From Squalus acanthias (Eukaryota), in the NCBI GenBank assembly GCA_030390025.1, contig CM059431.1, positions 147,748,001 through 147,812,000 on the forward strand: a DNA stretch of 64,000 bases, given 5' to 3'. The notes beneath the pieces are model-generated. The model ran no database searches. It was not told the DNA's origin and saw only the letters and a list, made by a program, of their open reading frames with translations. Of this stretch, positions 36,689 to 49,600 are shown one piece after another. A program made the position numbers and the translations under genes. The first letter of the stretch is position 1. Each line of letters begins with the position of its first letter.

Positions 36689-38698
36689 ATGGCTGACCCT
36701 TTCTCCCGCTTTCAGAATTCTCGTTCCACCTGGACCCCTCCCTCTGGCCTCTTACCCTCTCTAGATCTTTTCATTGCTAACTGCCGCCGTGACATCGGCC
36801 AGCTCAATTTCTCTGCTCCCCTCACTCACTCCAACCTACCTCCCTCTGAACTTGCAGCACTCCATTCTCTCCGATCCAACCCTGACATTGTCATTAAACC
36901 TGCTGACAAGGGTGGCGCTGTTGTTGTTTGGCGAACCGACCTCTACCTAGCGGAAGTTGAACGCCAACTCTCTGACACCTCCTCCTACCTCCACCTGGAC
37001 CATGACCCCACTACTGAACATCAAGCCACCGTGTCCAAGACCGTCACTGACCTCATCTCCTCTGGAGATCTTCCCCCCACGGCCGCCAACCTCATAGTTC
37101 CCCAACCGCGCAAAGCCCGCTTCTACCTCCTTCCCAAGATCCACAAACAGGACTGCCCCGGTAGACCCATCGTTTCAGCCTGTTCTTGCCCCACGGAAAT
37201 TATCTCTTCCTATCTCGACTCTATTTTTTCTCCCCTTGTCCAGTCTCTTCCCACCTACATCCGCGACTCTTCCGATGCCCTCCGCCATTTTAACAGTTTC
37301 CAGTTTCCCGGCCCCAACCGTCTCCTCTTCACTATGGACGTACAATCCCTCTACACCTCCATTCCCCACCAGGATGGCCTGAGGGCGCTCCGCTTCTTCC
37401 TTGAACAGAGGCCCAACCAGTCCCCATCCACCACCACCCTCCTCCGCCTGGCTGAACTTGTTCTCACATTGAACAACTTCTCCTTTGACTCTACCCATTT
37501 CCTCCAAATTAAAGGTGTTGCTATGGGTACCCGCATGGGTCCTAGCTATGCCTGCCTTTTCGTGGGATATGTGGAACACTCTTTGTTCCAGTCCTACTCG
37601 GGTCCCCTCCCTCACCTCTTTTTCCGGTACATTGATGAATGTATCGGTGCCGTCTCCTGCTCTCGCCCTGAACTAGAACATTTCATTCACTATGCTTCCA
37701 ATTTCCACCCTTCCCTCACCTTCACATGGTCCATCTCCGACTCTTCCCTTCCCTTCCTCGACTTCTCCATCTCCATCTCTGGGGATAGGTTATTGACTAA
37801 CATTCACTACAAGCCCACTGACTCCCACAGCTACCTGGACTACACTTCCTCCCACCCCGCCTCCTGTAAGGACTCTATTCCATTCTCCCAGTTTCTCCGT
37901 CTCCGCCGCATCTGCTCTGATGATGCCACCTTCCATACCGTTGCTTCCGACATGTCTTCCTTTTTCCTCAACCGAGGATTCCCCTCTACCGTGGTCGACA
38001 CGGCCCTGGACCGTGTCCGTTCTATCTCCCGCACTTCTGCCCTCACCCCTGCCCCTCCCTCCCGGAACCACGATAGGGTTCCCCTTGTCCTCACCTTTCA
38101 CCCCACCAGCCTCCACATTCAACGGATCATCCTCCGCCATTTCCGCCACCTCCAGCGTGATCCCACCACCAAACACATCTTCCCCTCACCTCCCCTTTCA
38201 GCATTCCGCAGGGACCGCTCCCTCCGCGACAACCTAGTCCACTCCTCTACCACCCCCAGCACCCCTTCCCCTTCGCCCGGCACCTTCGCGTGCACGCGCA
38301 GGAGATGCTACACATGCCCTTACACCTCCCCTCTTCCCACTGTCCAGGGCCCCAAACACCCCTTCCAGGTGAAACAGCGATTTACTTGTACTTCCTGCAA
38401 TTTAGTATACTGTATTCGCTGCTCACGATGTGGTCTCCTCTACATTGGGGAGACCAAACGCAGATTGGGTGACCGCTTTGCGGAACACCTCCGTTCAGTC
38501 CGTAAGGGGGACCCCGAGCTCCCGGTGGCCTGTCACTTTAATTCACCGCTTCACTCCCACTCTGACCTCACCGTCCTCGGCCTATTACACTGTTCCACGG
38601 AAGCGCAGCGTAAGCTCGAGGAACAGCACCTCATCTTTCGTTTAGGCACGCTACAGCCCTCTGGACTCAATATCGAGTTCAACAATTTTAGATCATAA
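36689..38698 (+). CDS. Penelope RT + GIY-YIG endonuclease
   Basis: 669 aa: KPADKG, LPKIHK, MDVQSLYT, GVAMG, RYIDE, FLD, LVYCIRCSRCGLLYIGET. The frame extends upstream to 36134 through one TGA at 36506-36508. Confidence 0.93.
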   Translation: MADPFSRFQNSRSTWTPPSGLLPSLDLFIANCRRDIGQLNFSAPLTHSNLPPSELAALHSLRSNPDIVIKPADKGGAVVVWRTDLYLAEVERQLSDTSSYLHLDHDPTTEHQATVSKTVTDLISSGDLPPTAANLIVPQPRKARFYLLPKIHKQDCPGRPIVSACSCPTEIISSYLDSIFSPLVQSLPTYIRDSSDALRHFNSFQFPGPNRLLFTMDVQSLYTSIPHQDGLRALRFFLEQRPNQSPSTTTLLRLAELVLTLNNFSFDSTHFLQIKGVAMGTRMGPSYACLFVGYVEHSLFQSYSGPLPHLFFRYIDECIGAVSCSRPELEHFIHYASNFHPSLTFTWSISDSSLPFLDFSISISGDRLLTNIHYKPTDSHSYLDYTSSHPASCKDSIPFSQFLRLRRICSDDATFHTVASDMSSFFLNRGFPSTVVDTALDRVRSISRTSALTPAPPSRNHDRVPLVLTFHPTSLHIQRIILRHFRHLQRDPTTKHIFPSPPLSAFRRDRSLRDNLVHSSTTPSTPSPSPGTFACTRRRCYTCPYTSPLPTVQGPKHPFQVKQRFTCTSCNLVYCIRCSRCGLLYIGETKRRLGDRFAEHLRSVRKGDPELPVACHFNSPLHSHSDLTVLGLLHCSTEAQRKLEEQHLIFRLGTLQPSGLNIEFNNFRS

Positions 38699-38981
38699 CC
38701 TCAGCTCCAATCACATTTATATTTTATTTTTTCCACCCTTTTATTTGCCCCCCCCCACCTTTTTTCCTTTTTTCCTCCTAGAAGCTGGCATCTGTCCTTC
38801 ATTCTGCTAGTGGATTTCACGCTTCTTTCAGCCTTAATCTGTCACATTTACACCACCTCTAGCCTTGCATATCTCTTAATGTCTCTTAATGTCTCTTCAT
38901 CTCCCCCTTTGTTCTTTTATCCCCTCCCCCTTTTCCCAGCTTTACTCTGGCCTTAAATCTATTTGATTTCCGGCTCTTCAC

Positions 38982-39018
38982 AGTTCTGATGAAAGGTCAT
39001 CGACCTGAAACGTTAACT
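38982..39018 (+). ncRNA. minimal hammerhead ribozyme in the Penelope 3' tail
   Basis: agtt-CTGATGA-a-aggtc[atc]gacct-GAAA-c-GTT-aact: stem I agtt/aact, stem II, palindromic aacgtt stem III. Confidence 0.75.
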
Positions 39019-41995
39019 CTCTTTCTCTCTCCACGGATGCTGCCTGGCCTGCTGAGTTTTTCCAGCGTTTTCTGTTGTTATTTCATAGCTGATTGTGACC
39101 CTACTCTAACATTACTGGTGGAGACCCTACTCTAACATTACTTTGGTGAAACTACTTTAACATTACTGTTTGTGTCCCTGTTCGAACATTACTGTTGGTG
39201 AACCTACTGTAACATTATTGGTGTTTACCCTGCTCTAACATAACTGGTGGTGACCCTACTCTAGCGATACTGCTGTTGAAACTATTCTAACATTACTGTT
39301 GGTGACCCTGGTCGGACATTACTAATGGTGAACCTAGTCTAGCATTACTGATGGTGATCCTACTGTAACATTACTGGTGGTGACTCTACTCTAACAATAC
39401 TGACTTTGACACGGTGATTACATTACTCTAACATAACTGGTGCTGTCTCGACTGTAACATTACTGATGATGACCCTACTCTAACATTACTTGTGATGACA
39501 CCATTCTTACATTACTGGTTGTGGACCTACTCTAACATTACAGGTGGTGATCCTACTTTAACATTAATGAAGTTGATCGTACTCTCAGTGTAAATGTCAT
39601 GACACTAGTCTATCATTGCCAGTAGTGATCCTACTCCTACATTACAAGTGGTGAACCTACTCTAAAATTAATCGTTATATCCCAAATCTAACCTTACTGG
39701 TGTTGATCCTACTTTTACGTTACTGTTGGTGACCTTACTCTAAAGTTTCTCTTCGTGAAACTAATTTAACACTACTGATGGTGACCATTCTCCAACATTA
39801 CTGGTGGTGACAGTGATTTAAAATTACCTTTGGTTACCCCACTCTGGCATAACTGATTGTAACCCTTCTGTATAATTGCTGTTGGTGACCCTACTCTAAC
39901 ATTATTGGTGGTGAATCTACTCCAACATTAATGGTGGTGACCCCACACTAACATTACTGGTGCTGACTGCACTCTAACATTACTGGTGGTGACCCTACTC
40001 TAACATTACTGTTGGTGTCTCAACTCTAACATTACTGGTGGTGACCCTACACTAACATTACTAGTGGTGACCCTACTCTAACATTACTGTTGGTGACCCT
40101 GGTCGAATATTACGGGTGGTGGACCTACTCTAACATTTTTGGTGTTTACCCGGCACTAACATAACGGGTGATAACCCTATTCTATCGTTACTACTGTTGA
40201 AACTATTCTAACATTACTGTTTCTGACCCTGGTCAAACTTAGTGGTGGTAAACCTAGTCTAGCATTACTGATGGTGATTCTACTGTACCATTACTGGTGG
40301 TGACTCTACTTTAACAGTAATGATGGTGATCCTACTGTAACATTACTGATGGTGACGCTACTCTAACATTACTGATTGTAACACGATGATTACATTACTG
40401 CTGGTGACTCTACGCTAACTTTATTGGTGGTGAACCTACTCTAACATTACTGATGGTGACCCTATTTTAACATTACTGGTGGTGAGCCTATGATTAATTT
40501 ACTGGTATAAAAACAGAAAATGCTGGAGAAACTCAGCCACATGCTGTTTAATCTGATTACAGTCAGACTGTAATCATACATTTCTCTTGGACGCAATGAG
40601 AAATTATTCCACTTCAAAATTAACCGTACAACAAATGGGAGACATTAGCATCACCAATAATTAAACAGTAACTGTTACAAAGCAAACAGAGAGATTTTTA
40701 TTCGAGGGACATTGCATTGGTTGGTGATGCTGAATGCCCTGTTACATTGTTCCGGACAATGAGTGGGTATGACGGTGTACTCTGAGACTATGTCATCATA
40801 CCCCTTTGAATTATGATACAAGTTCGGGATTTCCGCGCATGCGCTAAATCCTGATCTTGCGTTCTTGCCTTGAAAGATCCTGCTGTGAAAAAACAATTAT
40901 TGGCGCAGAGTTGGGCTGTTTGCCCACCAACTACCCATCAATTACCGAGTTGTTTCTTTTGCTTGGTGAAAGCAAGTGAAGGAGCCTGTTTCACATCGTA
41001 AAAGAAGATCTGCAGTGGAAAAATCAACATTTCGCATTTCCTGATACCAAGACAAACATGGGATAGCGCCGTTTACATCTGCTCAATCAATTTTGATTGG
41101 AAAATGATTAGTCCTCCCTTGCATGTTTTCTTAACAATGCTACAAATCAATTTTAGGAACAAATACAGAGAGAAAATACCTGTCACTTGCAATGAAAAAG
41201 TTTCCTGAATATTGGTGGAGAAAATGTGGCAAACAGACTCCTCGCTTAAAAGTAACTGACTGCAGAGAGGTTTGATTTGATTTGATGCAGATACAGAGGA
41301 CAAGAATCTTATTCATCCTGTGAGGTTTCTGTGTGATGAATAAAGCTTTTTAGAGCAAAGAACCCAGCACACAGACGGTTAGACGGGTTGAGGCTGATTT
41401 ATTAATAGCAGAGCTACATTGTGCAGGTTTAGGTGGAGGAGACTTTTTTTCATCGACCGTGTTTCATTTTAATTACTTGGGAAGTTGAACAAGAAACTTA
41501 AATAAAGTGAACATCTGTCAGATTTCAGAGACCAATTCTGTCCTTTTAACTCAAAAATGAACAACATAACAAACAATATAATGCATCCATAACAAGGAAA
41601 AAAGATTGTTTCCTATTACCACTATAAATTATATATATTAATCCTGAAAATTAACATTGAATATCTGGCTGTGAATCTCTTTCTGAAGTTCAGCCACATT
41701 ACATTTAGGAGGTATAAAACATTGTTAGTCATTTAGTGAGCATCAGAACAGGAAGTTATAAACATAGGGATTAGTAAATTGTGAGTTTGATGAAAAAAAG
41801 CAAATGCTGATCTATGAAATAAGTCCAAGTAGCAGTTTAATTAGAAGGTTTTAACAGCTTAGGTCTTCCCAATATCTAGCTGGAGGAAATTCCTGTTTAT
41901 CCAGGACTGGATGGCGGACAAGCTGTCTGACAATTTAGAGACCGTGCCTATTTGGAGCAAATAATGAATCAGACAAGGGCAGCCTTTCTATTGTA

Positions 41996-42461
41996 GCTCT
42001 TTTGGTGGAGACAATAAACAAATAAACTGTAACTTAACAAAACACATTAAATGAAAATTACCAACTTAAAGTAAAATCCTGTTGCTGGGGGTGATGATGC
42101 TCTCCAGTCCCTCCGGTGCCCACTGGTCGCGGGAGGCCTCGAGCGTGCCGGCAGACACCACGTGCTCCATCTCCAGGGCCACCCGGGCGCGAATGTGGCC
42201 GCGGAAGAGAGGCAGGCAGTCGGGCCGAACTACCCCCTCGACCGCCCGCTGCCTGGACCAGTTAATGGCCAATTTGGCCAGGCTCAGGAGTAGTCCTATA
42301 GAGAGATCCCCGGCCTGCCCTCTACCCTCCGCACCGGTTGACCAAAGATCAGGAGCTTGGGACTGAAGTGCAGCCAAAAATCGAGGAGCAGCCGCTCAAA
42401 TATTGGAAGAGGGGCTGCAACATCTCACATTCTATATAAACATGGAACACGGACTCATCCA
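41996..42461 (-). mobile_element. L1/Tx1-clade LINE 3' fragment with 18-bp TSD
   Basis: LLLSLAKLAINWSRQ...FRGHIRARVALE C-terminus; TSD ggcagc(c/a)tttctattgta at 41978-41995 and 42462-42479. Confidence 0.75.
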
Positions 42462-43156
42462 GGCAGCATTTCTATTGTACTGAGAATAGTGTGAAACACC
42501 CATTGCAAAGCATCTCGTTTGAAAAACAAATTCATAATCTTCTGCTGTATTTAAAACCAGTTTGGCCGTAGATTGTTCGTCCACTCACCGTGAACACAAG
42601 TATTACAGTACTGCTGAGTCACTTTACAATGAAATTAAAGCTAACATCTTTCCTATATCAAGTTATTGTGCAAGCGCTCACTAACTCTCACTAACTCCCA
42701 ATACAAAGCAAACAGTTTGTGCGCTCAATGCTAATCGCATCACTGGAGCGCTCCTTCAGTCTGGAACCAGAGGAGCACGGCCAGCCCGGGGCTGGATTCA
42801 GGCAGCGAGCTCAGATCTTTCTTTGCATCTCCGCTGAACTGATTCCAAATCAGCCTTGATAAACTCTTGAAAAATAAAAACAATGTAAACGGTCGGAAAG
42901 CATTTCAAATCCCACAATTCTGCAATTTCACTTGAATAATACATCACTGAGGCAGTGTGCAGCGATAGAACTGGAATCATCCGTTATTATACAGTCAATA
43001 GCGATCTCGTCTCGAAGTCCATTTAAATAGATTCTACATGAGTTTATAACAGGGCCTGAATCTACAACAGGTCATCCGTGTGCTTGGGACTCCAGGCGGT
43101 GCAAGCTTGGCTGCTACCGGGGTCTCACACCAATGACCTCCCTCGGGTGGGGAGCG

Positions 43157-43877
43157 GATTCTTCCACTATTCTGATACAAAAGCAAAACACTGCGGATGC
43201 TGGAAATCTGAAATATAAACAGAAAATGCTGGAAACACTCAGCAGGTCAGGCAGCATCTGTAGAGAGAGAAGCAGTGTTAACGTTTCAGGTCGAGGACCC
43301 TTCGTCAGAACTGGAAAAAGTTGGATATAACAGATTTTTAAGCAAGTGTAGGGGCAGGGAAAGGGAGGAGGGGAGGAAAGAACAAAAGGGAAGGTCTGTG
43401 ATAGGATGGAAGACAGGAGAGATTAAAAGACAAAAGGGATGATGGTGCAAGGCAAGAGGAGATGGTAATGGGACAAGTTAAGAATCAAAAGATGACTCTG
43501 ATGAGGTGTCAATGGCAATGTCAGAATCATCAACAGCTACCTTGTGAGATAAAGAAAATAGGGGCCGAGGTTATGATCTGAAATTATTAAACTCGATGTT
43601 GATTCCAGAAAGCTATAAAGTGCCTAATCGAAAGATGAGGTGCTGTTCCTCGAGCTTACGTTGAGCTTCGTCGGAACAGTGTAAGAGGCCGAGGACGGAG
43701 AGATCAGAGTGGGAGTGGAGCGGAGAATTAAAGTGATAGGCGACCGGAAGCTCAGGGTCACACTTACGGACTGAATGGAAGTGTTCCACAAAGCGTTCAC
43801 CTAATCTGCGTTTGGTCTCCACAATGTAGAGGAGACCACATCCTGAGCAGCAAATACAGTATATTAAATTCCAAAAG
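43157..43877 (-). mobile_element. Penelope 3' fragment (GIY-YIG + tail)
   Basis: LIYCICCSGCGLLYIVETKRRLG...RKLEEQHLIFRLGTL. Confidence 0.9.
43277..43311 (-). ncRNA. minimal hammerhead ribozyme motif
   Basis: Reverse complement gtt-CTGACGA-a-gggtc[ctc]gacct-GAAA-c-GTT-aac. Confidence 0.7.
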
Positions 43878-44413
43878 TACAACCTCGAGTGGGAGGAGTT
43901 CCAGCTGCTGTGTGACATTTGCCTTGGCTGCTCTGTGATTGGCTACTGGCTCCTTTGTGATGTCACGTGGAGACAGGTTTTCAGCCCTGGTTCAACAGCA
44001 TCTATGGGATATTATTGTGGGCGGAGCTGGAGCTGGCAAAGTACATTGTTAGAGAGTTCAGTCTGCAAAAAGAGTACTTCAAGCAAATGCAATTAATTGT
44101 AAATAGGTTCAAATTAAAATTATTCAAACTCGCAAAATTAGTCACATTCTTTTCGACTAACAGATTCTGGAATTAATATCAATCATTTTATATTAAATGA
44201 TTCTGGGAGTCAGCTTTATCTCAGGAAGGTGGAGAGAGCAGATTCGAATCAGCACCACACTAACTGGGACTGGAGAAAAATGTCTCTGGTTTCACAGAGC
44301 AGATCTGGTGGGACCAACACTCCCATTGGACAAGACGGGATAAAACAGTAAGTTTCATCAATGTTTGGAAAGGCTGAGAATCCCATCAGTACAGGATTTT
44401 TTCAAGTGAGAGT
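43878..44413 (+). repeat. fourth copy of the unidentified 1.6-kb unit, truncated by the ERV LTR
   Basis: Colinear with ~13995-14555 and ~12439-12927. Confidence 0.85.
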
Positions 44414-44899
44414 TGTTGTGGAGAAATTATTTCACTCCATTCTGTATCATAGGTACAAGCAAACATTTTATTAATGTTCAAAGATCTTCGGGAGAAGATC
44501 TCATTATCCCCTTGGCTTAGTGACTACTTCTTCTCGAAATTACAGCGGTATGAGATTCCTTTTATACATTATTCATGCAATTACATAGCCTTAGCAACAG
44601 ATTTCTAATTATAATATGTACGTTAGGTTCAAATGTTACTTCCCTACCGAAACTACAAGCATAGCGGGTTGCCTTACATTTGTCATTCGGACTAGCCGGT
44701 CTAGCCGGTCATGCGGTGATTGTGTAATCGTTGTACTATTATTGCCTTGGTGGCCTCCTTGGTGGGCCTCAATGTTGACCACAGACATTACTCATCGCAC
44801 TATCAGCGAAACCATTCTCTATTTACGAATTTACTTCTTATGGCACATTCTTTAATTTTACATTTCTTATTAAAACCCTGTAATAAATTTCCTCCTACA
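44414..44899 (-). repeat. ERV 3' LTR
   Basis: TG...CA termini; minus-strand TATAAA (44561-44566) and AATAAA (44467-44472); purine-rich tract ACAGGAGGAAT adjacent at 44900-44910. Confidence 0.95.
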
Positions 44900-45009
44900 A
44901 TTCCTCCTGTTGGTCCCTGATCAAAACTCCTTTGCTACAGGGAACCAGCATCAGACGGATATCTGGTAATGTAAGTAGATATGTTTACATTCCAGGAGCT
45001 CACAGTCCA

Positions 45010-46347
45010 TCAGTCAGACTGTGACATTCTTGTATAGGGACTCATATCCATACATCTCTCTCTGGGTGTCACTTGATTAACCATCATGACACTTACAGCA
45101 GTCCGTGACATTTGAGCGCAATAATATTTTAACAATAGGACCAGACCACACATCATTAATATTATAACAAAGAACAAAATCAATCCTTGTACTACTGATG
45201 TCCCGAGTGATCCTAACCATCCAGTTGCCCAGCCCCAAAGGGTGGATGCCGGAGGTTGTTTTAATTTCTTTACTTCCTCCTGTATGTGTTCTGCCAAATT
45301 AGTTATTGCTTCCGAGTTATCTGGTATGTAGGTACAACATTCTGTACCTATTAGGGCACAGGTTCCCCCTTTTTCGGCCAATACATAGTCAAGGGCCATT
45401 CGATTTTGTAGAGCTACTGTGCGGAGGGCTACCATCTCTGCATTAACCAAAACTAAGGCTTCAGCTGTATCGTTGGCCACCTATTCCAAGACGGAGGCCA
45501 GGTTAATGGATTCCCTTGACAATTTACCCGCTCCATACCAGGGGAACGCAATTGCCCAGAATCTTTCAGTCCCTGAGATGGCTCGTCTGGTTCTCCCGTG
45601 GAGGTCCTTCAGCGAACCCATGTGATGTATGTAGGGTATGACATAAGCCAGATAACAAGAACCCGACCATTCTCGAGGCAACCAGGGATAGGCCCTATGA
45701 ACGCACACGAAATGAGTCCCGTTGTAGGGGGTATACTTATTTATCTCTGGAGGGTCCCATTGTACTGAGAAATCACTGCTTTCGTTTAGTGATGGGAGTT
45801 TCACACTACCCGTCTCACCAGGCAAGGCAATGTTATATGTGCAGTTACTGTAGCCCACAATTTGATCTGTCGGTCGTCCCCTCTTTACGAGACATAGTCC
45901 CCCCTCTTTTTCCCTTCTCACTCCTCGTTCTCAGGAACGGTGGTAGATAGGAACCGTTATATGTTGACCGTGTCCACCCACTACAATATTCTGGGTCGTA
46001 CCCATGACGTTGGAGCTTTACTATAGTGCTGCTGTCTGTTTCAGCTTCATAACAGCCGACACTTGTGCATCCTGCTCTAACTCCAAACATCCAACTGACC
46101 GTCCATCATCACTAAGTGGGATTGGTTGTAGGGGGACTCCTTCCTCCGAATGTTTCGGGACATGGGCGCAGACCCAACATCTGGCAACATCAACTCTCTT
46201 AGCATATGTGTATGACATATATAAAATTGTGTTTACCCGTAACTCTCTTTTGACCCGTGGGGGTACTCTAACCTGAGTATTCCCGAAACTACATATTAGG
46301 ATTATACAGACTAACAAACTACATATGATATTGCATAACACGTTCAT
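45010..46347 (-). pseudogene. env: ERV envelope, gamma-type, disrupted
   Basis: Signal peptide, CWVC, furin site RTRR, ISD LQNRMALDYVLAEKGGTC, CALIGTECC (CX6CC) and TM helix; split over several frames. Confidence 0.93.
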
Positions 46348-46680
46348 CTTATCACTTTATGTTAACAATGTCCCAAAGGCTATATCGCCAACCGAACCGC
46401 TTTGTTGCTTGTAGATTCTATTTTCCTGTGGGGGTGAATAGAATACTATCATTAGGCTGGTTCCTCAATCACAACCATCTGGATTTCTTCCCGTGGATCA
46501 ACCGGTCGGAGTTGACGGGACCGTTCCCATACATATTTCAGGATATATCCCTATTATATCCTATCAAGATAATACATATTATCCAAACCAGTGTTTGCGT
46601 CAGCGTTCATTCCCATTCGTCATATTGTCTAGCATATTCTTCACTTTCTACAAAAGGTACTTGTTCTGGTGCAGCCATTC

Positions 46681-49600
46681 TTAAATTGGTGAAGGGTCAT
46701 AGACTTTTAGCTGTGTCCAGGGCTTCCATCGTCCCATGCCCTTCATATCAATGCAAGCACACGTATCCCCACTAATTAAAATCTGATATGGTCCTAACCA
46801 TTTTGGGGCAAACCCTGGTTTCCCTGGTAAACCTTTAACCATTACCTTAGTCCCGGATGGAGGGATATATGGGAGCGCGGTCAATTCTAATTCCTTATCC
46901 TTTTCTTCCTGTCTGTCCCGCGTTTGCTGCCTCATTTCCTTTAATTGACTGCTTAATTCGAGGACATACCTTCGGAGCTTATCCTTTAGAGGACCCACAT
47001 CCTCTCCTCCAGTTATTATGCCATGGGGGAGTTGCATTGCCCTCCCCGTCATTAGCTCATATGGTAATAAGCCCGTTGTTCGGTTTGGGTTGGCTCTTAG
47101 TTTCATTAAGACTGCTGGTAACACATCTACCCACTGTTGATGTTTGTCCCCTAAAGCCTTGGCTAAGTCTGTTTTCAAGGTTCGGTTTATTCGTTCCACC
47201 ATTCCAGAACTTTGGGGATGGTACGGAATGTGGAATTTCTGCTTTATGCCCATCCAATTGCATACATTCTTAACTACTGCTCCCGTAAAGTGAGTTCCCT
47301 GATCTGAGTCAATTTGGATCGGTATTCCCCACCTGGGAATTATTTCCTTTGCCATTATTCATGCCACGGTAGTGGCAGTACAGTCCCGGGTTGGGAATGC
47401 CTCAACCCACCTAGTAAACTGATCTATTATTACCAGGCAATACTTCTTACCCCTTGATGTGGGGAGGGGTCCGGTGAAGTCTATTTGTATATTTTCCCAT
47501 GGGCCCCTCGGCCGTGGTTGGTGGGCCATCCGTATCTTAACAGGTCGTCTTGGGTTGTGCTGGGCTCATGCAATACACCGCTGGCAATGTTTTGCCACCT
47601 ATCTTCCCAACCCAGGCCACCACCATTCTTTACTTATCAGGTCAATCATCGGCCCTCTTCCTGTATGGGCGTCTCCATGGTGTAGTTCTAAGAGCATCTG
47701 CCTGATACATGCGGCAGCTATCACCTTCCCATTTTGTCCGCCATATAGCTTCCTTGTCTGGTCTACCTCCTGTGCGCTACCTTTCCTGTTTCTCCCCTTC
47801 TTGGGTCTCTTTGTGTAATTTCCTAATATCTATTTCTTCCACCTGTGCACTTCTTACGTTTCCTATAATTCTTTCTGTTTTAATGCTTGTTGTGCTGCTA
47901 GATGTGCTGCTCGGTTTCCCTCCTGTTGAGGGTTCTCTATCTTCTGGTGGGCTTTTATCTTTACTACTGCCGCTCGTGTGGGAGACTTTGCGGCTTTCAA
48001 AAGGGCTTCTATTCGTTGTTGATGTTTAATGTGATCTCCTCCTGTTGTGACAAATCCTCGTCTCCCCCAAGCTGCCATGTAATCATGCACTACCCCAAAT
48101 GCATATCTGCTATCCGTATAGATATTAGACGTCTTTACTTTTGCCAAATTTAGGGCTTCTGTCAGTGCCACTAGCTCCGCCACCTGAGCCGATAGTCCTC
48201 CATCTAATCTGCCTGATACCAACGTTTGTCCCTTTTCATTAACTACTGCCCACCCCGTCCTGGGTGACCCGTCTATGTATTTTCGAGAAACGTCTACATA
48301 TAGGGTTAATTGTGCCTCTTCCAGTGTTTCGTCATCTAAGAGGTCGTTATCGTCCTCATCGTCTATTTCAGTGCATTCATGAGGCTCTCCCGTTCCCAGA
48401 ACGCCTTCCGCCGGGTTTTCCCCTATGACTCTAATGATATTTATTGATCCATCCCTGGGTAATAAAACTGCTTCCCAACGTGCTCTTCGCATGTTGGACA
48501 CTGACCGTAGCTTGTTATTAATTAACATTTCCACCAATGTATGTTTGGTGTGTAAGATGATATCTCCAGTCATTACCGTGGGTTCACTTACTTTCACAGC
48601 CCACGCTGCACAGTCTAGTGCTGTCACACATCGTGACATGCCTGCAACTACCGGTGACTGTTGAGTAGAGTAATACACTGCCGGTCGGCTTTTATCGCCA
48701 TGATGCTGGGTTATTACCGCAGCATAAAATCCCCCTTCATTCTCACAGTGAATGTGGAACGGCCTTTTCATATTGGGTAGTCCGAGACCGGGGGCTGATA
48801 TTAACGCCTGTTTTAGTTTCCCATATGCTTCCTCTTGTTCCGTACCCCATTTGATAAGGGCATTACCCGGATTTCCCCCTTTTACTAACCTTTGTATTGG
48901 TTCTGCTATTGCCGCAAAGTTAGGTATGAAGTTCCTACTGTAATTAAAGATGCCCAAAACTTTCCTAATCCCTCTAACTGACACCGGTCGGGGCATCTCT
49001 TGTATTGCCTTCCGACGGTCGCTATGCATTGTTCTAACTCCCTGAGATATTTGTTGTCCAAGGTATGTAACCTCACCTTGTCCAATTTGGACTTTCTTGG
49101 GATTTACCTTAAACCTCCCTTTCTCTAAGGTCTGTAAAATTACAGTTAGGGCGGCCGCATGTCCGCGCTCGTCTTCTGAGGCAATTAGCAGATCATTCAC
49201 GTATTGCAAAACAGTACTGCGATAAGGGGCGATGTCTGCTGTTTCCAGCAGTGAACTCATTATCCGGTGGAATATCGCCGGGCTATTATGGAACCCCTGG
49301 GGCAGTCGAGTCCATGTGTATTGTCTATTCCCTACGGTGAATGCAAATTTATTTTGGGATTCAGGATCCAAGGGTAAGGACCAAAATCCATTAGCTATGT
49401 CCAAAACTGTAAAAATCTTATGCTCTGGGTTCAATGCATGTAAGATTGTGGATGGGCTCGCCACTATTGGTTGTAATTTGGGCGTCACCTTGTTTAATTC
49501 GGTGTAATCAATAGTCAGTCGGAATGACTTATCTGGTTTGGGAACTGTCCATACGGGCGAGTTGGTTGTCCTTTCGGTAATCCTAATTATGCCTTTCTCT

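Larger units (their letters stand above)
36131..39083 (+). mobile_element. Penelope-like retroelement, young, 5'-truncated, 16-bp TSD
   Basis: TSD catagctgattgtgac at 36115-36130 and 39084-39099; near-intact ORF; hammerhead in the 3' tail. Confidence 0.95.
33975..40506. repeat. 26-bp minisatellite (ctactctaacattactggtggtgacc), interrupted by two insertions
   Basis: Directly visible tandem units at 33975-36130 and 39084-40506. Confidence 0.97.

Noticed and set aside
36415..38176. Antisense ORFs over the Penelope elements (and similar ones over the ERV and CR1)
   Set aside because: Shadows of compositional bias in TE coding strands; no independent motifs.
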